A stretch of DNA of 41,919 nt from a virus: IMG/VR virus record IMGVR_UViG_3300043039_000053. One strand, 5' to 3'. How positions within the stretch are numbered: position 1 is the first letter of the stretch; each line of letters begins with the position of its first letter. The notes below the pieces were generated by a model that saw only the letters and a program-made list of their open reading frames with translations, was not told where the DNA came from and did not search any database. A program made the translations under genes and the position numbers. Positions 26,140-33,428 of this stretch are shown one piece after another.

Positions 26140-26167
26140 ATTATACACACCTACACACCTTGTGCAA
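26140..26167 (-). promoter_or_regulatory. sigma70-like promoter TTGCAC-N16-TATAAT
   Basis: Read on the minus strand directly after the ninG stop, about 35 nt upstream of ATG 26105. Confidence 0.6.
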
Positions 26168-26227
26168 GCCCTACCACGACAAATCTTTCACCGAGTAATC
26201 CGGGGTGCGCTAGTTGCGGGAGGGCGG

Positions 26228-26812
26228 CTATTTGGCCTTCAGCTCTTTCAGCCTACGCTTTGCGTCAGCCATGATCTGTTTTGCCTCTTCCCGCGTCAGG
26301 CTTGGCACTTCTCCGCGATCAACCGCCGCTTTGAAATCGCACAGGTCGTCAAACGCTTCCTGCCCGTACCTGGCGATATACCCCAGCCGGTATTCGTGCT
26401 GATTGCCGCCGCCCTTGTACGAGTTACAGGCGCGGCATTGCCCCGTCAGATTGCGACGATCTAGGGTCAAGGGCGAGGTCCGGTATTTGCTGCCACGATG
26501 GAAGTAATGCCCGGCGTCGGTCACCTCTCCGGTTTCGCAGGATATGCAGCCTTTCGGCTTATCTTCAGCTACCACTACGCGATTTACCCATACCTGAGCG
26601 TCTGAGACGACCTGTGACAGCGTTTTCGATTTCTCCCGGTACTCGCGTAGCTCTTTTCTTGCCTTGCGCTCCTTGGCCTTCTGAGCCCTTTCTCTGCCGT
26701 GCGCCGCCAAACACTCAACCGAGCAAAAGCCTTTTTTTTGGATTATGTCAGCGCACTTGCTGGCCGGGGGTAGCTCGGTTGTGCAGGGCCTGTGCTTGCA
26801 GCGCCTAGTCAT
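26228..26812 (-). CDS. ninG: NinG/Rap-family recombination endonuclease
   Basis: 194 aa. N-terminal Cys cluster, CISC...DAGHY...QCRACNSYKGGN and YGQEAFDDL parallel lambda NinG (recalled). Confidence 0.8.
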   Translation of the reverse strand: MTRRCKHRPCTTELPPASKCADIIQKKGFCSVECLAAHGRERAQKAKERKARKELREYREKSKTLSQVVSDAQVWVNRVVVAEDKPKGCISCETGEVTDAGHYFHRGSKYRTSPLTLDRRNLTGQCRACNSYKGGGNQHEYRLGYIARYGQEAFDDLCDFKAAVDRGEVPSLTREEAKQIMADAKRRLKELKAK

Positions 26813-27284
26813 TGATCATCACTCCTGCCATTTCCTCGACTTGCTCTGAGGTAAGCGTCGGCCAATAATTAGCAGCGATGTGCCGACAGAAACCCCTGAC
26901 CACCTCATAAAATTCGTCTTCCGACATGCTTTCAAAAGACAGACTCCTTGGCAGCACATGCAAGCATTTCCCGATTCCAGGTATTATGATCCCCATATTA
27001 TCGCAGCCCACCCCGGCCTCAATCTGCAATCGCTTCAGCACCCGGTGCGCCTCCATGCCATCAAACGCTTCAATGTTTTCTGCGCATAACTGACCTAAAG
27101 CATGAGCAAGTCGGTGAAATCGCGGATTCCTTGGCTTTCGAATCTCCATGAACACCAGATCGCCTGCTTTGAATCCGCGCTCCCGGAGTCGCTCCTGAGT
27201 TGATCGGTCAGCCGGGACGAAGCACCCTTTTTGCACTCGCATCGGGAATCGTTCAGGCTTGCGTTTTTTGGCTACGCTACCCAT
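26805..27284 (-). CDS. DUF1367-like phage protein
   Basis: ATG 27284 overlaps the upstream stop by 8 nt (the track start at 27287 is TTG). The RKPRNPRFHRLAHAL motif is recalled from the family. Confidence 0.55.
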   Translation of the reverse strand: MGSVAKKRKPERFPMRVQKGCFVPADRSTQERLRERGFKAGDLVFMEIRKPRNPRFHRLAHALGQLCAENIEAFDGMEAHRVLKRLQIEAGVGCDNMGIIIPGIGKCLHVLPRSLSFESMSEDEFYEVVRGFCRHIAANYWPTLTSEQVEEMAGVMIND

Positions 27285-27597
27285 CAAAATCTTCCAAGTA
27301 GGCTTTCACGGTGGATTTGGCTACATGGTAGCGCGCCGATACAGCCTCAAGTGTTTTTGCCTTGTATCGACCCTCAAGCTCACGACGGTGGGCGACGCAC
27401 TCACGGATAAGCATCAAATCTTCGTGCAGAATATCCGTTGGCGTGAGTCCGTTCTGGATCATCAGAATTGACTTCCTCGGGCACTCAAATTTTGCAGCAA
27501 GCGGCCTCGAAGAAAGCTCGGATATTTCCGCTTTTAGCTTTAGCCCTTCCGAGTACTCTTGCGCGGCCTTGATGGCATTTTCGTACTGAGTGATCAT
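27277..27597 (-). CDS. hypothetical protein with C-terminal HTH-like segment
   Basis: 106-aa ORF with ATGA overlap to the small upstream ORF. Confidence 0.55.
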   Translation of the reverse strand: MITQYENAIKAAQEYSEGLKLKAEISELSSRPLAAKFECPRKSILMIQNGLTPTDILHEDLMLIRECVAHRRELEGRYKAKTLEAVSARYHVAKSTVKAYLEDFDG

Positions 27598-27722
27598 TTT
27601 AGCGACTCCATCAGGTCTTTGATTCGTCTCTTTGCCTCTTCTCGTGTCGGCTTTGTGTGCACTACCCCTGTTTTATTTTCTGCGCGCCTTTCGCCACGGC
27701 TGGCACGATGCTCGTCTTTCAT
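27594..27722 (-). CDS. small basic protein (42 aa), absent from the ORF track
   Basis: My translation is MKDEHRASRGERRAENKTGVVHTKPTREEAKRRIKDLMESLK. ATGA overlaps at both ends fill an otherwise empty 120-nt gap. Confidence 0.45.
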   Translation of the reverse strand: MKDEHRASRGERRAENKTGVVHTKPTREEAKRRIKDLMESLK

Positions 27723-28492
27723 GATCTCACTCCTGCTCTGTAGCTTTCCCAGTCAAAATCTAAAGCCTTGCCTCCGCCCTCTCGCAAACGATCCACGGCC
27801 CGCTCACCGATAGTCGGAGACAGGTCTTTCGCCTGAAGGTTCGTCACCAGCACGGTAGGCAATTCCTCAAGATACCGAGCATTGATCACCTCATAGGCTA
27901 CGGTCTGCTCAAACTCCGTGAAATTTTGCATGCCAACTTCGTCAATGATCAGCAGGAGCGGATTGGACAGGCCCCGGTAAACCTGCTCTTCAGTCTCCTC
28001 TGAACCACTTTTCCATGATGCCTTAACGCGTCGAACCACCTCAGAAAAAGTCACGTACTTGCCTGTGCTTGCAGTGCGCTTGATAACGTCAGCCAATAGA
28101 GCGCAGGCCAGATGGGTTTTGCCGTTGCCAAGCTTCCCGACCATAATTAGCGACTTCCCGCCATGCTCCTTTGAGCAAACTGTGTCCGCGTACTCCATTA
28201 CGGCAGCTTTCCTGGCCTCAGCTTTCGCATTGATTGGCTGGAAATTATCGAATGACTTATCCTGAAACTTTTTGGGGATATGCGAATTTTTCAACCGGGC
28301 CCGCACCCACTCCTGACGGCGATTTTCTTCCTCTTCGCGTCTTGACTGCTCTTCTTTTTGGGCTCTAGCCTCGTCTGCGCACTCTGGGCACCCGTTCCAC
28401 CGCTTCCCGATAGGCCCATAATCCATGTATTCGTTTATGAAATCTCCATGCTTCTGGCAGTGGTCGTTTTTTGTTTCTTCGGCCTCAAACAT
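27719..28492 (-). CDS. DnaC/IstB-like AAA+ helicase loader with N-terminal zinc-finger
   Basis: Walker A (GKLGNGKTH), Walker B (LLIIDEVG) and N-terminal CQKH...CPEC. AGGAGG SD. Confidence 0.75.
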   Translation of the reverse strand: MFEAEETKNDHCQKHGDFINEYMDYGPIGKRWNGCPECADEARAQKEEQSRREEEENRRQEWVRARLKNSHIPKKFQDKSFDNFQPINAKAEARKAAVMEYADTVCSKEHGGKSLIMVGKLGNGKTHLACALLADVIKRTASTGKYVTFSEVVRRVKASWKSGSEETEEQVYRGLSNPLLLIIDEVGMQNFTEFEQTVAYEVINARYLEELPTVLVTNLQAKDLSPTIGERAVDRLREGGGKALDFDWESYRAGVRS

Positions 28493-28500
28493 AATACCTC

Positions 28501-29322
28501 CTAAAAATTCGGCTCGTCTTCGCCGGCATCCCGATTGATTCCTTCCGAGTAGTCTCGGTCACCAAATCCAGTGTGGCGACTCAAATTCACGGAATCGTCT
28601 GCTACTCGATATTCTTCCAGATAGTGCTCATCCGGCCCCCAGAACGTAGCCATCATTTTTACCTTGTCGGTTCCAATGACCCCTTTGGCCTCGCAGTATT
28701 TGCGGTATCGCTCCATGCCCTTGGTCAGATCCTCGACAGTAGCGCCAGCCCTGAGCCGTGCCCTCCATTGCTTATAGGCGGCCTTTTTCGAATTGCCGCC
28801 CTCGCGCTTTGGCTTTTGCTTCCAAGCTTCCTCAAATTCAGGCGAATATTCGGCAGACGTGCCACCGGATGGTGGTACATTTTCTTTTTCTACTCCCATC
28901 CCATCTAATCCTATCTTATCGGTTTCTGATGGGTTACCCGATGGGTTTTCTTTGGCTTTACCCGTGGGTTTTTTGCGGGTTTCTTTGGTGGAACCCTTGG
29001 GCCTGCCGCCGCGTTTCCCATTTGTCCAGTTGGCAATCAGTGAAGCGTTGTGTTCATCCCACCCAACAATGGTTATTTCATCGTCTTGCCGGTATAAAAA
29101 CCCACAATCAACAAGAGCCTTTTCAAATACCTCAGCATCTCCTGGATAACGGCAAATGGCTTTCGTGGCATGTACTGGCATCCCATCAAAAACCCACCCT
29201 CTACGGTTCTGGCAGTGACCCCAAAGCCGGATGATATACAAGGGCGCCAACTCATCCTCAAGCATGTCAACCAGCATCCTAGTCCTCCAGTGGTCTAGGA
29301 AGTCTGGATCTACAATCATCAC
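28501..29322 (-). CDS. replication initiation protein
   Basis: 273 aa upstream of the loader gene. Two domains are joined by a Lys/Pro/Asn-rich linker. An alternative ATG is at 29319. Confidence 0.55.
   Translation of the reverse strand: MMIVDPDFLDHWRTRMLVDMLEDELAPLYIIRLWGHCQNRRGWVFDGMPVHATKAICRYPGDAEVFEKALVDCGFLYRQDDEITIVGWDEHNASLIANWTNGKRGGRPKGSTKETRKKPTGKAKENPSGNPSETDKIGLDGMGVEKENVPPSGGTSAEYSPEFEEAWKQKPKREGGNSKKAAYKQWRARLRAGATVEDLTKGMERYRKYCEAKGVIGTDKVKMMATFWGPDEHYLEEYRVADDSVNLSRHTGFGDRDYSEGINRDAGEDEPNF
28925..28990. repeat. iteron-like (T/C)GGGTT repeats phased about 11-12 bp apart, next to an AT-rich tract
   Basis: TGGGTT at 28930, 28942 and 28965, and CGGGTT at 28976. TTACCCG(A)TGGGTT occurs twice and GGGTTT(T)CTTTGG twice. 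The pyrimidine/AT-rich tract is at 28881-28920. Confidence 0.35.
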
Positions 29323-29591
29323 GCACTCCAGATTGAGTGGTCGTAAATTTTATCGTTAAGGATCTCAAGGCGCTTCTTGCCGTCGTCTGTCATCTCAACA
29401 TAGACAGGAGTTCTACCTACTCCGTTATGGCTTCCGACTGACATCTCTATTAAACCTTCTCGGATGCATTGCTTGATGGCTGTGTCTCTGTCCTGTTTCG
29501 GGTAGTTCTTCAGCCTGACTGTAAGCTCTGACCGCATACGCTTTCCGGCCTCAAGCTCTGACAAAATGACTCGCATAATTTTTTCGTACAT
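29319..29591 (-). CDS. small winged-helix-like protein, first gene of the leftward replication operon
   Basis: ATG 29591 lies 7 nt after AGGAGG. 90 aa. Confidence 0.55.
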   Translation of the reverse strand: MYEKIMRVILSELEAGKRMRSELTVRLKNYPKQDRDTAIKQCIREGLIEMSVGSHNGVGRTPVYVEMTDDGKKRLEILNDKIYDHSIWSA

Positions 29592-29612
29592 CGGATTTCC
29601 TCCTTGTTGGAG

Positions 29613-29642
29613 TTGACAGTATAGAAAGGATGTGCCAATATT
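29613..29642 (+). promoter_or_regulatory. candidate rightward promoter TTGACA-N17/18-CAATAT/AATATT
   Basis: Perfect -35 at 29613-29618 with a moderate -10. It lies upstream of the recombination operon. Confidence 0.4.
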
Positions 29643-29646
29643 GCAA
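29618..29646 (-). promoter_or_regulatory. leftward promoter TTGCAA-N17-TATACT
   Basis: -35 at 29646-29641 and -10 at 29623-29618. It fully interdigitates with the rightward promoter. Confidence 0.55.
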
Positions 29647-29765
29647 CATGGAATTAGAAACAAACGTGAACCATGTCAAAATCGAGCGCGTCAAGCGCAA
29701 TCCAGAAGACTGATCAACTGAAGTTTTGTCAGGCAATGTCAGTACAGCGGAAAGGGGATAGAGGA

Positions 29766-30485
29766 ATGAGCAATCTCTCACTTTGGGATAAGGTGCAAAG
29801 CACTGACCCGCAATACACCAAGCAGTACAAAGGCGCTGGCGGATTTTCCGGCACTGCCATCAATGCAACCTATGTTGTCAAGCGGCTCACTGAGGCTTTC
29901 GGCAAGGTCGGCACTGGCTGGGGTTACGAGATCCTGGAAGAGCGTTTTGACGAAGGCGGCCCCATTGATGACGGGAAGGGCAATGTCATCTGTAATTCGT
30001 CTCTGCATACCGTCAAGCTCCGGCTCTGGTACAAGGACGGCGACGAGGTCAGGCACGTAGACCACTACGGCCACACGCCCTATATCAGCAAGAATAAATA
30101 CGGCATTCAGACCGAAATGGAGCCGGTTAAAAAGTCGGTCACCGATGCGCTGAAAAAGGCCGCCTCAATGCTCGGGTTTGGTGCTGATATCCACCTCGGT
30201 ATGTTTGACGATATCGAGTACGTCCAGGAAGCTCAGAACGAATCCCTGCTTGCTAAGGCAGAGGACAAGGCAGAAGAAGCCCGCCGCCAGCAGGCCGAGT
30301 ATGACGAGTTTCTTGAAAAGCATATTGGCTATATCGAAACCAGCCGCTCTATGGGTGAGCTTGAGAAAATCTTTACCGCAGCAGTGCGCCGGGCTCAGAG
30401 CAAGAAAGACGAGCGCGGCATTATCCGACTGACCAAAGCCAAAGACGCCAAAAAGGCGGAACTATCAAAAGGTGATCAGCAATGA
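29766..30485 (+). CDS. Rad52/Sak-like single-strand annealing protein
   Basis: ATG 29766 follows GGGGATAGAGGA. SVTDALKKAASMLGFGADIHLG resembles the Rad52/22 family signature (recalled). Confidence 0.6.
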   Translation: MSNLSLWDKVQSTDPQYTKQYKGAGGFSGTAINATYVVKRLTEAFGKVGTGWGYEILEERFDEGGPIDDGKGNVICNSSLHTVKLRLWYKDGDEVRHVDHYGHTPYISKNKYGIQTEMEPVKKSVTDALKKAASMLGFGADIHLGMFDDIEYVQEAQNESLLAKAEDKAEEARRQQAEYDEFLEKHIGYIETSRSMGELEKIFTAAVRRAQSKKDERGIIRLTKAKDAKKAELSKGDQQ

Positions 30486-30979
30486 GCAAGCTTTACGAAA
30501 TCTCAGAACAGTATCAGGAGTTGGCCGCGCTGGCCGACTCCGACGACGAAAACATGAAAGAAGCGGTTGAAACAACGCTTGAGTGTATCGCTGGCGACTT
30601 CAACGAAAAGGCCCAGGCGCTCGTGACGGTCGTGCACAATATGGATTCTGACGTTGAAGCCATTGATGCCGAAATCAAACGCTTGCAGGCGCGCAAAACT
30701 GCAATCAAAAACCGCCAGGACTCCATGCGGGATTACCTGCGCGAAAATATGGAGCGCACCGGCATCAAGAAAATATCCTGCCCGCTGTTTACGATAAACT
30801 GCGTGGCCGGTCGGGAGATCGCCGTTATCAATGACGAAAGCGTGATCCCCGATGAATACATGGCCGTTAAGACTGAGATCCGCCCGGACAAGTCGGCCAT
30901 CGCAAAGGCGCTGAAAGCTGGCGCTGAAATCCCCGGCGTGTCGCTTGATCGCGCCAAATCATCCATTCGGATTAAGTGA
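30482..30979 (+). CDS. Siphovirus Gp157-like protein
   Basis: 165 aa. N-terminal KLYEISEQYQEL and the overall coiled-coil layout are recalled from the Gp157 family. ATGA coupling. Confidence 0.5.
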   Translation: MSKLYEISEQYQELAALADSDDENMKEAVETTLECIAGDFNEKAQALVTVVHNMDSDVEAIDAEIKRLQARKTAIKNRQDSMRDYLRENMERTGIKKISCPLFTINCVAGREIAVINDESVIPDEYMAVKTEIRPDKSAIAKALKAGAEIPGVSLDRAKSSIRIK

Positions 30980-30987
30980 GACAAGCT

Positions 30988-31299
30988 ATGGCCACCTACG
31001 GCGTAAATCTCAAAATCGACGTATCAAAGATCAAGAAAGAGCATCTATTCAAGGGTGAAAAAGGCGCCTACCTGGACCTGACCGCGTTTATCAACGTAGA
31101 CGAGCAAGGCCAATACGGCGACAACGGAATGGTCACGCAGAACTGGAAGGATCAGCAGAAAGGCGAAGGGCCTATTCTGGGTAATGCCAAGGTGTTCTGG
31201 CGTGATGATGGCCATCAGGCGCAGCAAGCGCCTAAGCAGCAATCAGCGCCAACAGGTAAAATGCCGGAGCCGATTGACGATTTTGATGACGATAAATGA
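30988..31299 (+). CDS. putative ssDNA-binding protein with acidic C-terminal tail
   Basis: 103 aa ending PEPIDDFDDDK (SSB-like tail). Position is after the annealase genes. Confidence 0.4.
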   Translation: MATYGVNLKIDVSKIKKEHLFKGEKGAYLDLTAFINVDEQGQYGDNGMVTQNWKDQQKGEGPILGNAKVFWRDDGHQAQQAPKQQSAPTGKMPEPIDDFDDDK

Positions 31300-31581
31300 A
31301 TGTCGCCTGTCGTAGCGATGCGACAGTGAAAACCCCTTGAATTGCTGGGAACTCTGACCGGATGAAGCCGAAGACAATCAGCAGCGAAGCCCGAAAGGGA
31401 ACGTTCAACGACCAGCCGAAAGGCGTACACTCAAGCGAGTGGAAGCGGGGGGCATCTCACAGAGATGATGATATGGTCTGATCTGCTTGGAAACAGGTAG
31501 CTGCCGAAAGGCGGGTTAAGGTTAGCGCCCTTAATCGAACACAATTGATTCCTTTCTGAATATACCATTTAATGATACAAT
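31300..31581 (+). ncRNA. candidate structured non-coding RNA or 3' UTR
   Basis: No ORF of 60 aa or more on the plus strand. It holds a chain of hairpins, three of them capped by GAAA (31390-31399, 31415-31424, 31503-31512). A possible closing helix pairs CCCCTTGA (31333-31340) with TCAAG...GGGG (31431-31450). Confidence 0.3.
31573..31581 (+). promoter_or_regulatory. possible extended -10 promoter TGaTACAAT
   Basis: The predicted start would fall inside the terminator hairpin that follows, so this transcript could escape termination. Confidence 0.25.
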
Positions 31582-31603
31582 GCCCTCTCAGGGGGGCTTT
31601 TTT
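31582..31603 (+). terminator. rho-independent terminator
   Basis: GCCCUC-ucag-GGGGGC (one G.U pair) followed by UUUUUU. Confidence 0.7.
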
Positions 31604-31837
31604 ATGACATGCAAAAAACCATCCGAATACCTAACCGCCATCCTATCCGGCGAACTGCGCCCAGCAGACACCCCTCCCGCCATCCAATCCTGGCTGCAAT
31701 TCATCTGCTACCGTATCGCGGTAGACATGCAAGGCCTGCCCCGCGAGCAACAGCGAGAACGCGCCAGAGAGTACCCTGACGCCGTTTTAGAGATTGTCCG
31801 GAAGTGGTATCAGGTGGCACAGAAAAAAGGGGCCTAA
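31604..31837 (+). CDS. hypothetical protein (77 aa)
   Basis: ATG 31604 lies 7 nt after GGGGGG. The track start at 31580 would place the terminator hairpin inside the coding sequence and has no SD. Confidence 0.45.
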   Translation: MTCKKPSEYLTAILSGELRPADTPPAIQSWLQFICYRIAVDMQGLPREQQRERAREYPDAVLEIVRKWYQVAQKKGA

Positions 31838-31842
31838 GCCCC
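31823..31842 (-). terminator. rho-independent terminator downstream of tnpB
   Basis: The minus strand reads GGGGC-uuag-GCCCC followed by UUUUUU. It overlaps the stop of the plus-strand ORF. Confidence 0.7.
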
Positions 31843-31942
31843 TAATCATCCACCTCGTCCGGCGTAGTCGTCGTGTCCAACTCAATCTCGCCATCGCACA
31901 GCATCCCGTCCGAGGCAATCTCCCCGCACAGCCACCGTTGAC

Positions 31943-31960
31943 ATCCTCCCCGGCCTGAAG
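31943..31960. repeat. subterminal motif ATCCTCCCCGGCCTGAAG (tnpB 3' side)
   Basis: It matches 33283-33301 apart from one extra T there. On the minus strand it is part of a hairpin, UCCUUGGCC-uuca-GGCCGGGGA. Confidence 0.8.
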
Positions 31961-31980
31961 GCCAAGGATTCCTACGGCGC

Positions 31981-33222
31981 TCAGGCGCGGCATGGAGCCT
32001 TACCTGAGTCGCTTTGGTGGGTTCCTGCTGCTGGCGACCTTATTGCATCACTCACTTCACAGGCGAACCGGGCGTGTCCCGCCCTTAGTATGTTGATCGC
32101 GCCGACCGTGTCGGCGTTTTCCTTAAAGCCGCAATCCACGCAGTGGAACTGGGCCTGGGTTTGGCGGTTCTCTGCCGACACATGGCCGCAGGCTGGACAG
32201 GTTCGACTGGTGTTGTGTGGCGGCACCGCCACCAACCACCCGCCGTGCCATTGGAGCTTGTAGTCCAGTTGGCGCCGGAACTCGAACCAGCCCTGATCCA
32301 GAATGCTCCGGTTCAGACCGGATTTGGCCCGGACGTTGCGCCCGGGTTGATCGACCGTACCGGCCGCTGACGCCGACATATTCCGCACCTTTAAGTCCTC
32401 GATACACACCATCGCGTGGTTTTGGCTGATGGTCGTCGTGGCTTTGTGCAAATAGTCGCGGCGGGCGTTGCCAATCTGGGCATGAATCCGCTGGACTTTA
32501 GCTTTGGCTTTCTTCCAGTTGTTGCTGAATTTGGTTTTGCGACTGAGCGCCCGTTGCGCCTTGCGCAGTCGGGCCTGGTGTTTCTTAAAGCTGTTAAGGG
32601 GTTTCAGGTGATCCTCGCCCTCAAACGCCGGCAAGGGACGATCAAAGGCGGCAAAGCGAGCCACGCCCAGATCAATGCCAACGGCATCGCCCTTGGGGGT
32701 CGGCGTTTCCACTTCTCGCTCAGTCTGGATGCTGACAAACCATTTGCCTCCCGATTGACTCACGGTGACGTTTTTCACCGTGCCCAGAACCTCACGGCTG
32801 TTGCGGTATCGCACCCAGCCCAGCTTGGGCAGGAACAGGCGGCCGTTCGCCTGGTCGAGCTTGATTTGTTTGGGGTCGGGGTAGCGAAAGCTGTCGGAGA
32901 TACCTTTCTTTTTGAACCGAGGGAAATCGGCTCGTTTGGAGAAGAAGTTGGTGTAGGCCCGCTCCAAATCTTTCAGTGTTTGTTGCAGTGGATGAACCGG
33001 AGCCTCCGCAAGCCAGACGGTTTTCGGGGTGTTTCGCCAGTGGGTGATCTGCTTGCAGAGCCCGGCGTAGTTCAGCTTCTTCTCGCCTTGCTCATAGCGC
33101 TGCTTTTGCAGCGCCAGCGCCTTATTGAACACGAACCGACAGGAGCCAGCGAAACGGCGCATAAGGCGCTGTTGCTGGCCATCGGGCCGGAGTTCGTATT
33201 TGAAGGCTTGCAGGCGTTTCAT
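31981..33222 (-). CDS. tnpB: TnpB (IS605 OrfB-type RNA-guided endonuclease)
   Basis: 413 aa. RuvC-type residues are in IDLGV, IEDL and NADTVGAINI, with a zinc finger CPACG...CVDCG. The N-terminus MKRLQAFKYELRP is close to enterobacterial IS609-type TnpB (recalled). Confidence 0.9.
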   Translation of the reverse strand: MKRLQAFKYELRPDGQQQRLMRRFAGSCRFVFNKALALQKQRYEQGEKKLNYAGLCKQITHWRNTPKTVWLAEAPVHPLQQTLKDLERAYTNFFSKRADFPRFKKKGISDSFRYPDPKQIKLDQANGRLFLPKLGWVRYRNSREVLGTVKNVTVSQSGGKWFVSIQTEREVETPTPKGDAVGIDLGVARFAAFDRPLPAFEGEDHLKPLNSFKKHQARLRKAQRALSRKTKFSNNWKKAKAKVQRIHAQIGNARRDYLHKATTTISQNHAMVCIEDLKVRNMSASAAGTVDQPGRNVRAKSGLNRSILDQGWFEFRRQLDYKLQWHGGWLVAVPPHNTSRTCPACGHVSAENRQTQAQFHCVDCGFKENADTVGAINILRAGHARFACEVSDAIRSPAAGTHQSDSGKAPCRA

Positions 33223-33282
33223 TCAGCTCATCCATCACTGTTCATGCATACAGTATTATAGGCCACGTTCCGTGGCCACGCT

Positions 33283-33301
33283 ATCCTTCCCCGGCCTGAA
33301 G
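33283..33301. repeat. subterminal motif ATCCTTCCCCGGCCTGAAG (tnpB 5' side)
   Basis: Direct-repeat partner of 31943-31960. Adjacent are a 7-bp perfect hairpin (GGCCACG-ttc-CGTGGCC, 33261-33277) and a minus-strand TATAAT (33260-33255). Confidence 0.8.
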
Positions 33302-33428
33302 CGCCGAGGCTTGTCGCGCGTTTTGGTCATGCGGACAATAAGAACAATACCCATACCGCCCGCACGGCTCGCTGCCGTCTGGGCAGAGGTATGGTGGTTT
33401 GGTGTGTCGGCCTTTGGTGTTTTCGGGC

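Larger units (their letters stand above)
31930..33320 (-). mobile_element. IS200/IS605-family element carrying only tnpB (ends approximate)
   Basis: tnpB is flanked by near-identical same-orientation 18/19-nt motifs at 31943-31960 and 33283-33301. No tnpA is present. It lies between convergent phage operons. Confidence 0.55.

Noticed and set aside
31350-31512. Hammerhead, twister or TPP-riboswitch-like strings in the non-coding region (CUGAUCUG..CAGGUAG, CCGGAUGAAGCC)
   Set aside because: The core motifs fail. CUGAUCU lacks the G-A of CUGANGA, there is no conserved UGAGA element for TPP, and the twister-like string is only partial. They are treated as chance resemblance.
31580-31603. ATG 31580 as the start of the 85-aa ORF
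   Set aside because: These eight codons are the terminator stem-loop and T-run, and there is no SD. ATG 31604 lies 7 nt after GGGGGG.
31981-33222. Possibility that the TnpB is a nuclease-dead TldR-type repressor
   Set aside because: The protein is full length (413 aa) and retains the D, E and D of the RuvC motifs and the zinc finger by eye.
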